Below the pieces are notes generated by a model, which worked only from the letters and a program-made list of their open reading frames with translations, was not told where the DNA came from and searched no databases. A DNA stretch of 64,000 nucleotides from Zootoca vivipara (taxonomy: Eukaryota). Position numbers and translations under genes: made by a program. This document shows, piece by piece, positions 1-14,268 of this stretch (position 1 is the stretch's first letter; every line of letters begins with the position of its first letter). The stretch lies in assembly GCF_963506605.1 (NCBI RefSeq), contig NC_083282.1, forward strand, positions 44,640,001-44,704,000, written 5' to 3'.

Positions 1-2305
1 ATATCTGATGCTTACTGTTGCAAAGCCATGCGAGCTTGCTAAAGATGCTCAAATGGATTCTAGGCAAGGACTTAAGTGATTGGAGAAGGGGCCTTCTGTC
101 TGCTGTCCCTATTAAAGGAGCAGGGCCTTCAGGGTTCCATTCATCCTTTGTTCCATTCTATAGCATCATTCCCTGGCAAATGCAAATTTTGCTCAGCAGC
201 CGATTTAGTAACAAAGTCTGCATAAGGATGCAATTTTTTTCTTGACAGAAAGGAAAAAATGACAGAACATTTTAGAACAGTAAAACAAATGCAACACTGC
301 GGTAATAGTTGTTGAGATGTTGCATGACTGCACTGGTTATATGTATTGCAAACACTGGTTTCCCAGACTGCACATACTGTAAATATTTCTTTTTTGCCTT
401 AGAACTCTTCTGATTCAATTTTTTCCCCCTGGCTCAAAACCACCTTGCTCATTGAGCAATCTGTGTAATCAGGTTTCAGAGTAGGGGGTGGGGGGAAAGC
501 AGCAGCATTTCCACTGGAAATCTCTCCTCTTGGTGAGCAAATCTGGCATTGTTTTAAAGATTATACTTTGAAGGAGGGGGTGCAGTCGGTTGGTTCCTTT
601 TGCCCTACATCAAACAATGTGATGTGTCATATGGAAAATTTGCTCATTGTGTATGTGGGTGTCTTGGCACTTCCAAACGCGGTAGAGCTAATGTTAAATT
701 TGGCAGTATGTATCATTCTCTCTCTCTCTCCCCAACCCCTGTTCTTACTGCTTCTTTGAAATATCCTTTCTGGCAATAGTAGCCAGAGCTGTTTCTGTCC
801 TGATGCCCAAGCTAGGATTTTATGAGAAACTGGTTTCTCTTTGTTCAGGATGTTGTATAGGTGTGAGGCTTATTTTAGGTAAGGTGTAGGCTGCAGCAAA
901 GATATATTTTATTTACAGCTGGAAAAACCTGTCTGTAGTCCTCCTTAAGTGCAGGTTGTCTTGTGAGAAGAACTAAACCACATTCTGTTTTTAAAAAAAG
1001 CATGATGACAGTGAGTGTGGGGAGACCCAAAGGAATAGACACAAACTCTAGGATAGTGAGAGCTGTAACATGAAATAAAATGTATGTCTGGAGAATGTAC
1101 TAAACCATAGTCAGAAGTGAAACTGTTTCTTTAAAATGGAATGTTTTCACTGCATAACATGCTCAAATGTTTGAATTAGGAGAATATTTTGTTTACCATT
1201 ATGAAAATAAGTTGGTTTTCAAGTTACACAAACTTGTCCATAAATTTTGAATATCCAAAGGGGCAGGACACAAATGCTGGACTTCCTCTGTTCAAGTTCC
1301 TCAAACTTGTCCCTCCTGACTTGGAATGGAACTTTTATTTTATCAAGCCCATACACTTGGCCTAGATTATAATTTCAATATATTGCAATGTCACTGAGGG
1401 AATGGAATGGAACGGAATGAAAGAAATGTCTTGGGCATGTTTCCCAAACTTGAAATTGTGATGCTGGATCCCTCTCATTTAAACAAAACTCGGAAGCCCG
1501 TGAAATATTTGAGTTGATTATTGAGTCTGTTCTTTAGCACCATGGTTGAGATATTACTGGCTTAAGTGGCTATGACCATGTTTTGAAGTAGTCCATCCTT
1601 AAAGGACTTGAAGGGTGAGTTTGCATTAGTTCTTGCCATCTGGCTGGGTCCCTGTTTTTGTATACTTTGCCTGAGGTGCTAAGGCAGTGATCTCAGACAT
1701 ATGTTAGATGTTTCTCACACTTCAGGTTAGAATGCTGTTAGTCATGCGGCAATTGCATTTTCTGTGATCTCATCCTACTTAGATCTGAATTGGGTCCTGT
1801 CCTAATCCTGTTTCCTTGCTTTTTGTGGTCTTGATGTGTCTAGTTCTAGTTTTCATCTTTCCTAGCATTCAGTGCTCTTAGGCGAAGAGCAGAGAGAATG
1901 CTGAGTAAGTTGCTAGCAGGCATATGAACCTCGGTCCAAAGTCCAACCATTGACAAGCAGCAAGAGCTCCAGGGTCTCTAGCAAAAAATGGTCTTTCCAC
2001 TACTACTTATGAGCCTTTGAACTGGAGATTTTCTGTATATACAGCATATGCTGTACAACCAACCTTCTGAACTAAGGTCTCCTCTTCTGATACCCATTAC
2101 GTATGAATGAAAGCAGGCAGTTCTTCCAGTAACTTGTGATACCTTAAAAGAAGAGCCTTAAAATCTATCCTCAACTAGTGTTTTATGTTGACTTCGTTTT
2201 GGTGGCAAATATAGTCCTAGCACTTTGGCTGAAGACGGCGGTTCCCCTATTTTTAATTAAGAAGTCAAATTGATGGTACAGGTGCCAGGGGGAAATGAGA
2301 CCTGA

Positions 2306-2527
<222 letters not shown>

Positions 2528-2582
2528 TGAGGATAGCTGGGGTGTTGGCCATGTCCTAGCTACCAGCTCTTAAACTTTCTGA

Positions 2583-2816
<234 letters not shown>

Positions 2817-2887
2817 TAGAACCTGTAGAATGGTTTGCACTGAACTCTAACTTGAGGCAGGCCTCTGCCTATTGGCTTATACTAGAT

Positions 2888-3024
2888 CAGGCATCCCCAA
2901 ACTTGGCCCTCTAGATGTTTTTGGGACTACAACTCCCATCATCCCTAGCTAACAGGACCAGTGGTCAGGGATGATGGGAATTGTAGTCCGAAAACATCTG
3001 TAGGGGTGAGTTTGGGGGTGCCTG
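2888..3024. mobile_element. Palindromic hAT MITE (~137 bp)
   Basis: TIRs CAGGCATCCCCAAACT / AGTTTGGGGGTGCCTG; 8-bp TSD TACTAGAT (2880-2887, 3025-3032). Confidence 0.9.
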
Positions 3025-4209
3025 TACTAGATGTATCATCCACTGGATACTTCCCATGGGTACAATGGATGAAAGTATGGTTTTCTGTTATGACTAGACA
3101 TAGTAGGAAAAGGTGGGATATATTACTGCAGTACAGGGAGTTGCTGTGTTAGAATGCCTCTTATTGTGTCAAAGCAGGAGGACCAGTAATAGTGGCAATT
3201 AGTACTGCTGTCAGACATTTGCCAGGAGTGCTGGGGACCATGTAGGTCAGGCAGACCTTTCAGCATCCTTGGGAATGTAGGAATGTTCACAGGCAGGTTT
3301 CCTTACCGATACTGAATTGGCACAATTGCTGTTTGCCATTTGATACTCCTGCTTTGCATGATACAGCGCCACAAATGCTTGCATAAGAATCTGTCATACA
3401 GGTGCCCTTGGCATGGAAGCTGCAGCTGCCATGCATAACAGTCATGCTATTTTAGCTGCTTGTTCTCTGTTTGCAGTTCAAACCCCTGTAAACACAGTAA
3501 GTCAGCCACTGGCATCGTAATGGCTTTGGCTGCTCTGGGATAGATCAAACTTGATATGAAACTGCCCTGCAAGGATTACTTGTTGGAATAGTGCTTGTAT
3601 AGAAAGAATTGGGATCGGATCCAGGATTTCACACAGGAACTTCATTTTTGCTAAAACAGAACTGGTTATTGCTGTCCAGAGGCTTTTCTCGGTGCACTTC
3701 AGTTGCATCTCTTAATGTTTAATAGAGTTCGTTTATCTTCATTCGGCTTGCTTGTAAGCCTTGCATGATTAAATCTGCAGTCTTCACATCCATTTTGGAA
3801 TAACTGTTGGGAGAGGTCTAGTAAATCCCCCTGGACTCATGACCAGCCTCGTGTATAAAGGGCACATTGTAGCAAAACTTGGAATCTTTGTGATTAGACT
3901 CTGAAAAGAGATTTATTTTGAGAGAAGCCATAAAACATGAAGACCCATCCCTAGCTGGATTCAGAGGTTTAGGATGGGAGGAGGAGAAGAAGAAGCTGAT
4001 AGTGGAACACAAGTATGTGAGAGTTTTGGAATACTTGCCCAAACCACTATTTTGAACCTGAGAGGAGGTTGGCTTAGCATTGCCCAGTGAGCTTCATGGC
4101 TGAGGAGTCCTTTGAATATGGTGCTTCTAATACTAATACTGGAACAACTACACCGCCCTGGTTCTTGCCTGCAATATACCAGGACAACGAGCCATTCTTA
4201 GACTAATAG

Positions 4210-4428
<219 letters not shown>

Positions 4429-4578
4429 TAACCTTCAGAAGAAAGCATCTAATCTCCTTGTAACTTAGAAACTTGCATTTAAAAAAAATACAAAAACTGG
4501 GTTTCTAGATACTAAAACCTATTCAGGAAATGCTGCTCTGTGGGGAATAAGCACAGCTTTGACTTCTAGGTACCTTGA

Positions 4579-4731
<153 letters not shown>

Positions 4732-5965
4732 TAGGTGGCTTGATGTTCTGTATGATGCCTGGATCACTTTCGTATGCTCTTTCTCTGTTGAATGCTTCCC
4801 TAGCTTACTCCAGATTAAAGAGGTTCTCTTACAGTGTCTCCTTAGTCTGTTTATCCCACCACCCCCGCCCCCTGCTTTTGCAGCTGTGTGCATTTGGGGA
4901 AAGGGGAATTGGAGCACAACAGGGACACTGGGACTTGAAATACTCCTTTGCTTCAGCCAGGAACTTGGTGGTGAAAGGAACAAAGCAGTTACTGTGTGTG
5001 CAGTTCTGTCTAAGGCAGAAGCCTCATGTTTGCACAGCAGAAACAATGCCCAACCTTTTATTGGATTTCTGCCTCATGCAAAGTGTTCGTAGCTGCTGTA
5101 ACTGCGATGGGCAAGCAAACAGCGTAGAAAGGAGTTCTGGATGGGGAAGGGTTCTTGCACACAACAGGGTAGCAGTGAGTGAGTATAGGTGCAAGGGACA
5201 GCCGAGTCAGTACTATTGCGATTCTAGTCAGAAAGATGTGACTGAGGCTACTGGGAGGCCCATGTAGCAAAGTAGTATGGTATTGGTTGGTTCAGTCACA
5301 TGTTGCAGGGGCACTAGGTGGCTGGAAAAGGAGCTACAGTGAGATGCACAAGTCAGAACCTCAGCTGCAGCATGGAAAACTGGCAGAATATTGCCAGATC
5401 ATTCTTTTTTGTTATCCACTCGATCAGCTGTGATCCTGTTGTAGTAAAATAAACCTTGTTCACTGTTTGCTTAGAGTTAAGAAACTATAATCCAGCCTGT
5501 ACTATTGCAAAAGAGGGCGCCCAACATCTAACAGTAGAACTCTTTTTAAAAAGGGGGGGGGAAACGAGACCTTTTTAAGATAGAGTTCTGTGGTTAATTG
5601 AAACGCATGTTGTAACTTTCCCCAGGTACATGTTTACTCAGCTAAAATCTTTGCAGTAGGAAATGAATCTGAGAGGATGTTGTGAAAGTGGTATTTCTGT
5701 AGAAACTTGAGTGAAGTTGGAGTGGCTTGGCATGGTCTGTGGTAGAAGATTTTAAGATGTCACAAACAAAGCTGCCCTGAGCCCAGATCACTTGTCCATG
5801 ATAGCCAAGGGATTGAGCCTGGGATCTAGTTCTGCATGCAAAGCATGTCTTTCCCCTTTATTCTTCCGGCGGCAGCATTTCCTATGCCAGAACCTCCCTT
5901 TTTGTATAGCTGCATCAAAGGTAGGCAGGGGTGGCAAGGAATCCCTGCTGTAGCCCAACTAATGA

Positions 5966-6085
<120 letters not shown>

Positions 6086-6948
6086 TAAGTCCAAAGCACT
6101 TTCGCCCCCTCTGAAGGCTTCTTGCAGGCCTGTTTCAGTGCTGCAACTTCTTGGCTTTTTAGCTCTTTTTGTATAGCTAAATGGGAGGAAGCAGGATTCT
6201 TTGGCCAGCATGCTCTAGCACAACTTAAAGCTTGTTTAAGATTAAGTACTAAAAATAATAGACTACAATCAAAAGCTCGGAGTGGGCAGCAAATGCAGGA
6301 ACCCTAAAGAGAAACTGCAGTGAAATTAAATGCATGAAGCATGGAGTCTGAATGCAGCCAAGCAGCCTAAATTCCAGCTGTTGGCACCTTGCTTCAAACA
6401 AAGGATTCCTCTTCTCTAAAAATGTTTAGCATTTTGATGGCTTTGTGGGGGAAATGGTTAGTTAGCCACAGAGTACCACTGCATATCCCTCTATCTGGGG
6501 CTCAAACAAAGAGGTGGTAATTGAAGTAGGGGTTATTGGAGATTGGTGGAATGAGGAAACAGTTTGCTCAAGTCTATCGGGATCAAATCACAAACTGCTT
6601 TGTAGGGCTCCTTGCTAAGTGCTTATCGCCTCCCTATTGCTTCCGACAAATGCTGAAGCGCTTGTGTCAGCTTGACAGCGTAGTGCTCCATGTTCTGCAC
6701 TAGATGAAGCTCACAAACACTTGCCGAGGGCATCTTAAGAGGGAAAGTAGCAGTTGAAGCTTCTCAGTGGTTGATAGAAAGCTGAGGGCTTTGCCAATTT
6801 ATTTTAAGTGCTCTTGGCTATGATAGTAGTGTGGAATTCAGGCTACCTGTTGGATCCCCTGAGCGATGGAAGTATTGGTCTGAGTATTAGATAAAAGATG
6901 CTTGTATGCTGAGCATATGTTGCTAGCATAGCTTGACTGCAACTAGAC

Positions 6949-7324
6949 CAGGGGTCCCCAAACTACGGCCCCCGGGCCGGATGCGGCCCAATCGGCCTTC
7001 CAATCCGGCCCGCGACGACCCCCGCCGCCCGCTGCCGCCGCCCGCTCTCACGGCGCACGGCGCAGCGACAATCAAAAAAATCGGCAAAAAATCGCCGAAA
7101 ATCCTTTGTGCGCATGCGTACAGGCCTCTCCCGACCCGGAAGAGGTCATTTCTGGTGCACTTCCGGGTCGGGGGAGGCCCATACGCATGCGCACAAGCGA
7201 TTTTCGGCTATTTTTTTCCGCCCGTGTGCGTGTGCGCATGCGCACGGGCGCGCACTCCTCTGGCCCGCTGCGCGCGCACTCCCCTGCCGTCCGGCCCGCC
7301 GCTCGGTAAGTCTGGGGACCCCTG
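6949..7324. mobile_element. Young CpG-rich non-autonomous hAT (Charlie-type) element
   Basis: TIRs CAGGGGTCCCCAAACT / AGTCTGGGGACCCCTG; perfect 8-bp TSD AACTAGAC (6941-6948, 7325-7332); CpGs intact. Confidence 0.93.
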
Positions 7325-8014
7325 AACTAGACCCATAAAGCTTTGCCCAAAATGATTGCTTCAGTGTATTTATGGGCCATATTATAAGATGGTCTGTTTG
7401 GAGGACAAATTTGTTTACTTGATGAAATTCAAAACACCACAAAGCTGCTGCTAATCTTTCACAATCTTTATTGACAATTTCGTTAGAACAAATGGAAAAA
7501 GTGGCTGGCCTGTGGTTCACGGCTGGCTATTTGGCTCAGGTGCTATTCGGCTGCTTTCCGGAGTGTCGTCTTAAAAAATAGTTTGTGCCTTCAGCTCTCT
7601 TTGCCCTGGTTAGCCACAGCTTCCTGTTAAGTTTTCACAGCGCAGTTAAATGGAAATTTTATCTTGAGTGCTGGGGGATGAGGGAAGAGTGGCCTTGAAC
7701 AGAGTGCAAAGGGGAGATCCCGCCTTCTCTCCTTTCCCAGTTTTCAGCTAGGCACAGAACCTCTTCTAGGAAGGCTTGGCTTGCTAGCTCTGATCACATG
7801 GTTAGGGCTGTCATGCTCTCCGGATGTGCCTCCGGTCTGCGAGCACCTAAAGCAACAGCAGTGTCTTATGAGCTTCATTACAGGGAGCACTTAACTGGGC
7901 GTTGCCGCCTGTCAGACTTCCTCCAGAGTTATTGCTGAGTCATGTGCTCATGGAGGCTGCCAAGGGCAGGCTGCTAGGCCAGAACTGCTCTTGAGCCTCC
8001 TCAGCACTGAGTGA

Positions 8015-8308
<294 letters not shown>

Positions 8309-8735
8309 TAGTAAGCTAGGCTACACAACATGCTGTAAGGTGAGAAGTGGCAATATCTCTTTCTTGGGGTGATAACTTCTTCCTATTCATATGGAGTCTT
8401 ATGACTGGGCCACCACCATTATTGGAATGGCAGTGATCTATTAATATGGGTGTTAGCTCCTGGGATCCTGCCTGGATTGCAATTTAGATAATTACATCCT
8501 GCTTCTAATTATCGCTTAACAATCCTCAGATATCTTTGCTCTGGGCTGCCTGGTAGTTATTATTATACCCTTTCCAAGCATGCATGTCATTTAGAGGACT
8601 TGCAAAACTTGTGAATGTGGCCAAATCCTGTTGATTGGCAATAGGGCCTTGAAGCTGGCATTGGCCCAGTATATTGTGTACAATCTGTTCTGATGCATAG
8701 CTCAGCTTTGCTAATTAGTTTCCTCAACTTTCAAG

Positions 8736-8862
8736 GGATACACGCCTGATAAGCTCCCGCCCAGCAGCTGTGTGATGGTGCCAGAACTGAACCCCCCCAA
8801 CCCTGCCAGGAGCCTGTTTGTAAAGGTCACAAAGACTCTCTTTGGGAAAAGAAAGTCAAAAG
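8736..8862 (+). CDS. PLK3: PLK3 exon 8 (GYTPDKLPPSSC...LFGKRKSK)
   Basis: ttcaag| and |gtaagt, 127 nt; matches the PLK3 linker start. Confidence 0.93.
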
Positions 8863-9152
8863 GTAAGTTGCACATTGACCTTTTCTTCTGGGAGCTGGCT
8901 GTAGCGCCTGTGAAAACTTAGGCTCACACTTCTGCTTAATAAGAGCCCTGCTCAGTCACACCAAAGGCCCACCTAGGTTAGTGTTTGGTTCCTGCCAAGG
9001 CCAACAATATGCCTTTGAGAAGCACACAAGCAAGGCATGAGCCCCAATAGCAACATGTTGGTCCTGCCTGAAGGTAGTCACTAGTTTCCCCTTGATGCTT
9101 CATCTGCAGGGTTGGGAAACTGGGAGATATTAGGATTGGCAATAGACTAGAC

Positions 9153-9266
9153 CAGGCATCCCCAAACTTGGCCCTCCAGCTGTTTTGGGACTACAATTCC
9201 CATCATGCCTGACCACTGGTCCTGTTGGCTAGGGATGATGGGAATTGTAGTCCCAAAACAGCTGGA
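9153..9266. mobile_element. Palindromic hAT MITE, 3'-truncated, same family as 2888-3024, opposite orientation
   Basis: CAGGCATCCCCAAACTTGGCCCTCCAG...GGGACTACAATTCCC...GGGAATTGTAGTCCC. Confidence 0.85.
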
Positions 9267-9497
9267 CAGCCTTCACCACCTGATGCATAGAATAGGAGAA
9301 TATGGGGAAAGGAGGCTTGCCACTTGGATCCTTAAATTAACGCCAAGTGGCCAAGCTAGAGCAACCCCTAGAGAACTTCCATGTCAGTCCCTAACCCCTA
9401 ATGTATGTACTTGAGAGTCTACTTTAAGCAGTATCTGCAGCCCTGTCCTGTTGACTTTGTGTTAGGATCTTATTAACTCGTATTCTTCTTACTTTAG

Positions 9498-9607
9498 TTA
9501 AGAAGGCTCCTTCAGAAGAGAGAGATGATATCTCCAAGCTGGTAACAGGCCTTGTGAAGACCTCCATCTGTAGGCAACTGAGCCACAAAACTGTCGAAGG
9601 GAATGAG
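9498..9607 (+). CDS. PLK3: PLK3 exon 9 (VKKAPSEERDDISKLVTGL...EGNE)
   Basis: ctttag| and |gtaaac, 110 nt; phase-compatible and resembles PLK3 ERDEVSGLVSGL. Confidence 0.9.
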
Positions 9608-9715
9608 GTAAACTAACTGCAGGAACTTGGCTGTTCAGTTGTGGCTTTCAGAGGAAGGAAAGAGAAACAAGGAAGTTACCCTGGTATGTGCTGATCAGAC
9701 TTTCTGTCTCCTTAG

Positions 9716-9836
9716 GTCACTCCTTTGAATGGTCAGAGTCCTGGCTCTAGCCCAGTAGATACGGTAGCAGAGGAAGGCTCACAGAAATCTATCTCCAGGT
9801 CCATCCGTGGGACAATGGCTAGCAGCAGCTGTGAAG
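9716..9836 (+). CDS. PLK3: PLK3 exon 10 (VTPLNGQSPG...RGTMASSSCE)
   Basis: ccttag| and |gtggga, 121 nt; resembles PLK3 RGTLASS. Confidence 0.88.
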
Positions 9837-10496
9837 GTGGGAAGTGGCAATGTCTCGATGTATTTTGGTCAGATGGAATCTGCTGTCTGTCAGGACTAGC
9901 CCCAGGGTGGTAGAGGCCTTCAAGAGCAAAGCAGAGAAGCACTTCATTGTGGACAGTAGGGCCAACAAGCAGTTTAAGTCTTGAGCAGACTGACTCTGAA
10001 CTGGCAGGTTCAGTCTCACAATGCCTATCAGTCATTGGAACTGAACAACAAATCCATTCTTAGAGGCGGGGTAACTCTGGATACTGGAGACAATTGAGGA
10101 GGGCCATTGCTGTCACATCCTCCATTGTTTCTGAAAAATTCATTTCTGCTCATGGTTAGATAATGAATTCTATTCTGGGTTCAATGGCATTTTGGCTGGG
10201 TCCTGTAGGTCTTAATGTTAGAAGTGGCTTAATTTGAGGATGCGAAAGCCGTGGCCTTGCACAGGTTGTTGGGCCCCAACTTCCTTCAGCCCTAGACTGC
10301 ATAGCCAGTGGTTGGAGGTGATGAGAGTTGTAATTCGGCAATGGGGGCAAGGGGTCAACGGGTTCTTCAGCCTTTCTCTTCCCACTCCCATTTGAATTTT
10401 GTGCTTCGGGAGCAGAAAATCTCTTGAGCTTGACCCATGTAAGCTGAATTTGTAAAAACTTAACTATCTTCTTCCCCTCTTTCCCCCACCCACTAG

Positions 10497-10580
10497 TATT
10501 TGAAGACTGTGTCACAGCATCATCTGTCATTGAATCAGCCATTGGTCTTCTGAAGAACTGCCTATCTGTCATGCCACCAG
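10497..10580 (+). CDS. PLK3: PLK3 exon 11 (VFEDCVTASSVIESAIGLLKNCLSVMPP), polo-cap region
   Basis: cactag| and |gtaact, 84 nt. Confidence 0.92.
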
Positions 10581-11036
10581 GTAACTTAAGCTTCAGGGAG
10601 TGTCACAACCCCTGGGATGGTTAGAGACAAATGGGATGGTTAGAGACAACAAACTGTTGTCTTGGATGCTGGTATTAGGGAGGAGAAGCAGGAGAGGTGC
10701 AGCCCTAGTTCCTCTAACCTGCTAAAGAGGCTTTTAACATCAGGCTCCCTGGGTCTCGGTAACCTGATATTTGTTGCCATCCAGAATAAGGGCCACCTCC
10801 TTTTAGGTAGCATCCTGATGGAATGCAGAAACTAAGGGGTGGTGTGTGTGTCCATCTACCCATTTATCTAGATAAATGGTAATCCAATGATTTTGCAACA
10901 TCTGGGGGTGGGAAAGATGAGACTGATTCTGTTCCTATCCCAAGCATGACCTCTTCTAACCTCATTTCAGTACCGCTTTTGAAATAGGTTTGAACCTATT
11001 CGCTTTATTTAATGAATACCTTTCTTTCCTGTCTAG

Positions 11037-11199
11037 CTGAGAGGAATCCCGCTTCCCTGGCCTGCCATGAGCACTTTGTCTGGGTGAGCAAGTGGGTAGA
11101 CTATTCCAACAAGTATGGTTTTGGCTATCAGCTCTCCAACCACAGCATTGGTGTCCTCTTCAACGATGGAACTCATATGGCCCTCTCTGCCAACTGGAA
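11037..11199 (+). CDS. PLK3: PLK3 exon 12, polo box 1 ([18 protein letters not shown])
   Basis: gtctag| and |gtgagt, 163 nt; canonical polo-box signature. Confidence 0.97.
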
Positions 11200-12007
11200 G
11201 TGAGTGGAAGAAATGGACGTCCTGGAGGGTTTTGAGGTTGGGAAGTGTAGAAGTGTAGTCATGGTGTACCTTGACTAGGGCTCAGGTCCTACTAGCCACC
11301 TTCTGGTGTGGTGAGGGGGACTGCAAGATACTGTATGGATCAAATTCTTGGGTAATTCACAAGCATGGGAGAAGGGGCTTCCCCTACTTGGAGCAAGGCT
11401 AGAGGACTAGATTGTGGGAGGAGTTGAATATCGTGCTAAAGCAAGCATTCTTTTAGTGTGAGCATTTCTGCTTGCCAGGCAGAATGACCTCCCTTCTCCC
11501 TGTGTGTTCCGGGGGTTCTACCAACCCACCCAGAGTAGATTGAGGAGGAGAGGAGGGCAAGTCCAGTTTGCAATAGCAGGCACCCTTGCACTGGTTCCAG
11601 CTAGTTGAATGCACTTAGTTGAATCAGGCCCTATCTTTATGATTTTACGGTGGTGGGGACAGTCTGTGTTTGCCCACATAGGGGTTTGTCTTGGGTGATG
11701 CAAAAGGTCTGATTCAATAAGGCACAGACACCCTTTGAGGGTGTGTTAGAACCTTTGTTTTTTTAGCATAGCAGAAAGACCACTTTCATAAACTGAAGCT
11801 AAAGTTTTATGGGATCCACTTGGTACAAGAGGTGGCTTTTGCTGCTTGCACCAAATGGCTGGAGGGCAGTGTCACGAACTGAACTGGGTGCTTCTCTTCC
11901 CCCTGATGCTGCCATGTGTATCTACCTGCTGGCATCTGTTTGCCCCAGAATCCGTATCTGACGGCCAATCTGGCTACTGTAGCTAACTGCATTCTCTTTC
12001 CCTTCAG

Positions 12008-12137
12008 GAAAGTGCATTACAACCTGACAAACAGCAAGCATTTCTCCTTCCCGGCTTCAGCTGTCCCTGAGCAGCTGCAGGGGCAGATGGGTGTCCTGCA
12101 GTACTTTGCCTCATATATGGAACAGCATCTAATGAAG
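12008..12137 (+). CDS. PLK3: PLK3 exon 13 (KVHYNLTNSKHF...YMEQHLMK)
   Basis: cttcag| and |gtgagc, 130 nt. Confidence 0.96.
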
Positions 12138-12703
12138 GTGAGCAGCTGCCTGGCTTGGCGTAGTTGGTATGTGTGTACAGAGTTAGTTGCATTGGCTTGC
12201 TGATGACTCAGCTCGATGCAGAAAACACGAGCTGCATTTTTGCAGAGAACAATTCCCCCTTGCTCTCAAGTATGTTTGACCATATTCAAGGTTCATAGGA
12301 AGAGCCTCCCTTGAAGGTCTTGTGGATACACCTGAAAGCACTGAAGCTTTCATCATGTTGGCCAAACTTTGGTTCGTGGCTCCAAACACCAAAGCATGTA
12401 TTTGGTGGGCTCTTTACTGCCAGATTCTGCACTCCTAGTTGCCTTGCCATCTTTATGACTACTTCATGTACTCAAAAGTCTCGACTGATGGATGGAGTAG
12501 GACTTCCTTTCCCAAAGCAGAGATGATCCATTAAACGGATGTGCTAATTCATGTTCCTTGAATTTGGCCGGTACTTATCCTCTCCTTGGCTTGGCATTAG
12601 TGTTAGGGATAAGGTTACACGGAAAAACAACTGATAGGACTAAGCCAGCCTTGTGGTGTCAATGATTCTCTAATTTCTCTTTTTTTCTTCCCTTCTCTCC
12701 CAG

Positions 12704-12814
12704 GGAGGAGACTTACCCAGCATAGATGAGACTGGACAGGTTCCACTGCTGCTTCTGCAATGGGTGAAGACTAATCAGGCCTTATTGATGCTTTTTAGCA
12801 ATGGAACCTTTCAG
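12704..12814 (+). CDS. PLK3: PLK3 exon 14 (GGDLPS...LLQWVKTNQALLMLFSNGTFQ)
   Basis: Long pyrimidine tract, cccag| and |gtaata, 111 nt; start of polo box 2. Confidence 0.96.
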
Positions 12815-13392
12815 GTAATAATGGCACCAAGTCCTTTAAGCAGATTATGTAGGCCCTGTGTCCTACCTATTGATGGAGGTGGCACATGCTGGCATTTCAT
12901 ATCCACACCTTGGCTCAGCTGCTATAACTGTTGTGTGGGGTATAATCTGAAGTGTTGCCTTTTGCTTTGGAAAGAAGCTTTCTGTGGAGTGCTTCTGAGA
13001 AGCTGAAAGTAGATGCTGGGCTATGTGCTTTGTAGAGCACATTCAGTTTGTTATGGCTAACTCTGCTATTTTTGAGTAGCAGCTGGTGTCTTGAAATTAT
13101 GAATTCTAACACATTTTAAAGCACCTCTACAAATACTAAAACATATCTGCTTTCCATAGGCCCTTTTCTAAATCTGGATTCCTATCCCTTCAGCAATTTG
13201 CCCTTTGTTTCTACTTAGATAGAGATGTCTGTGGTGGGGGCAGAAAACTACTCTCCATATTAAGGCTATGCTAGCAGATACCTAGGCGCAGGCTAAACCC
13301 AATTGAGTTGGGAGTCCCAAAGGGTAGGGAGTGCTGCGCAGAAAGAGGCGCAAGTATCAAGTGTCTGATGTGCTCCATCTCCTTTATTCTAG

Positions 13393-13587
13393 GTGAATTT
13401 CTACAATGATCATACCAAGGTGATCTTCAGCAAACCTGACCACACCTGCCTCCTCACCTACATAAACCGTGACAGGAATTCCTACACCTACAAGCTCAGC
13501 AGCATAGCAGAACTTGGCTGTTCACCAGAGCTCCAGCGTAGGCTCAAATACATCCTCAAGCTGCTTCAACAGCGAGTGGATGCATAA
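13393..13587 (+). CDS. PLK3: PLK3 exon 15 coding part (VNFYNDHTKV...QQRVDA*)
   Basis: ttctag| acceptor; DHTK phosphopeptide pincer; TAA at 13585-13587. Confidence 0.96.
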   Translation: MNFYNDHTKVIFSKPDHTCLLTYINRDRNSYTYKLSSIAELGCSPELQRRLKYILKLLQQRVDA

Positions 13588-14262
13588 GGCTACAGGGTGG
13601 ACACCTGGTATTCTTGGCCCTTTCTGTCCTTCCAAGAGCTGTGATGTTGACGGTGCAGGAGAAGGCAACTCTTGAGACATCAGAATTCTTCCTTAGACAG
13701 ATGCCTTTCTACAAGGGAAAACTTCAAAACCAAAACTGCACTCGGATTGGGCCCAAGCCCTTCTTCAGAATCCATCAACTTCTGGGATGCTAGCCACCTA
13801 ATGACTTTTTATTATTGTTAAACAAAAGGGATTTTTTTTTTCACTTTGACATGACTGCTCCAGTCCACATTGGAGAGGAGGAGTAGAGATAATTGCCTTT
13901 ACTCCTGTGTGGCCGTTGCACAGATGGTTATGCACATTGGCTTGTTGATGGGGAGGGGAGAATCTGTGATCCATACACTCCATGGGAAACAAGTAGTGAG
14001 GGTAATAGCAAATCTTTTTTTAAAAAAAGTTTTCCGAGTTTTGTCCAGTGCCTAATGCCAAATCTGCTGTTGGATCTTGGCATCTCAGTGTATGAAGGGT
14101 TAGAGGGCTGCGAGTCCAGTTCATGTATTCAGGCTAAATCAAGTGATTTCTGTTGTGAGCCTTTTCAGGCTCTTGCAACACTACCGCTGCCTTCCCGTGG
14201 AATGCAGGTTTTTTTTTGCTCAGAGTTGCATCACTTGCCTGGTTCTGACTCATGGACCAAAC

Positions 14263-14268
14263 AATAAA
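14263..14268 (+). terminator. Candidate proximal poly(A) signal of PLK3
   Basis: AATAAA followed by GT-rich sequence. Confidence 0.4.

Noticed and set aside
6933-7520. Arg/Pro/Ala-rich ORFs as independent genes
   Set aside because: Stop-poor frames arise from the GC-rich MITE; only the possible splice-in to exon 7 is kept as a hypothesis
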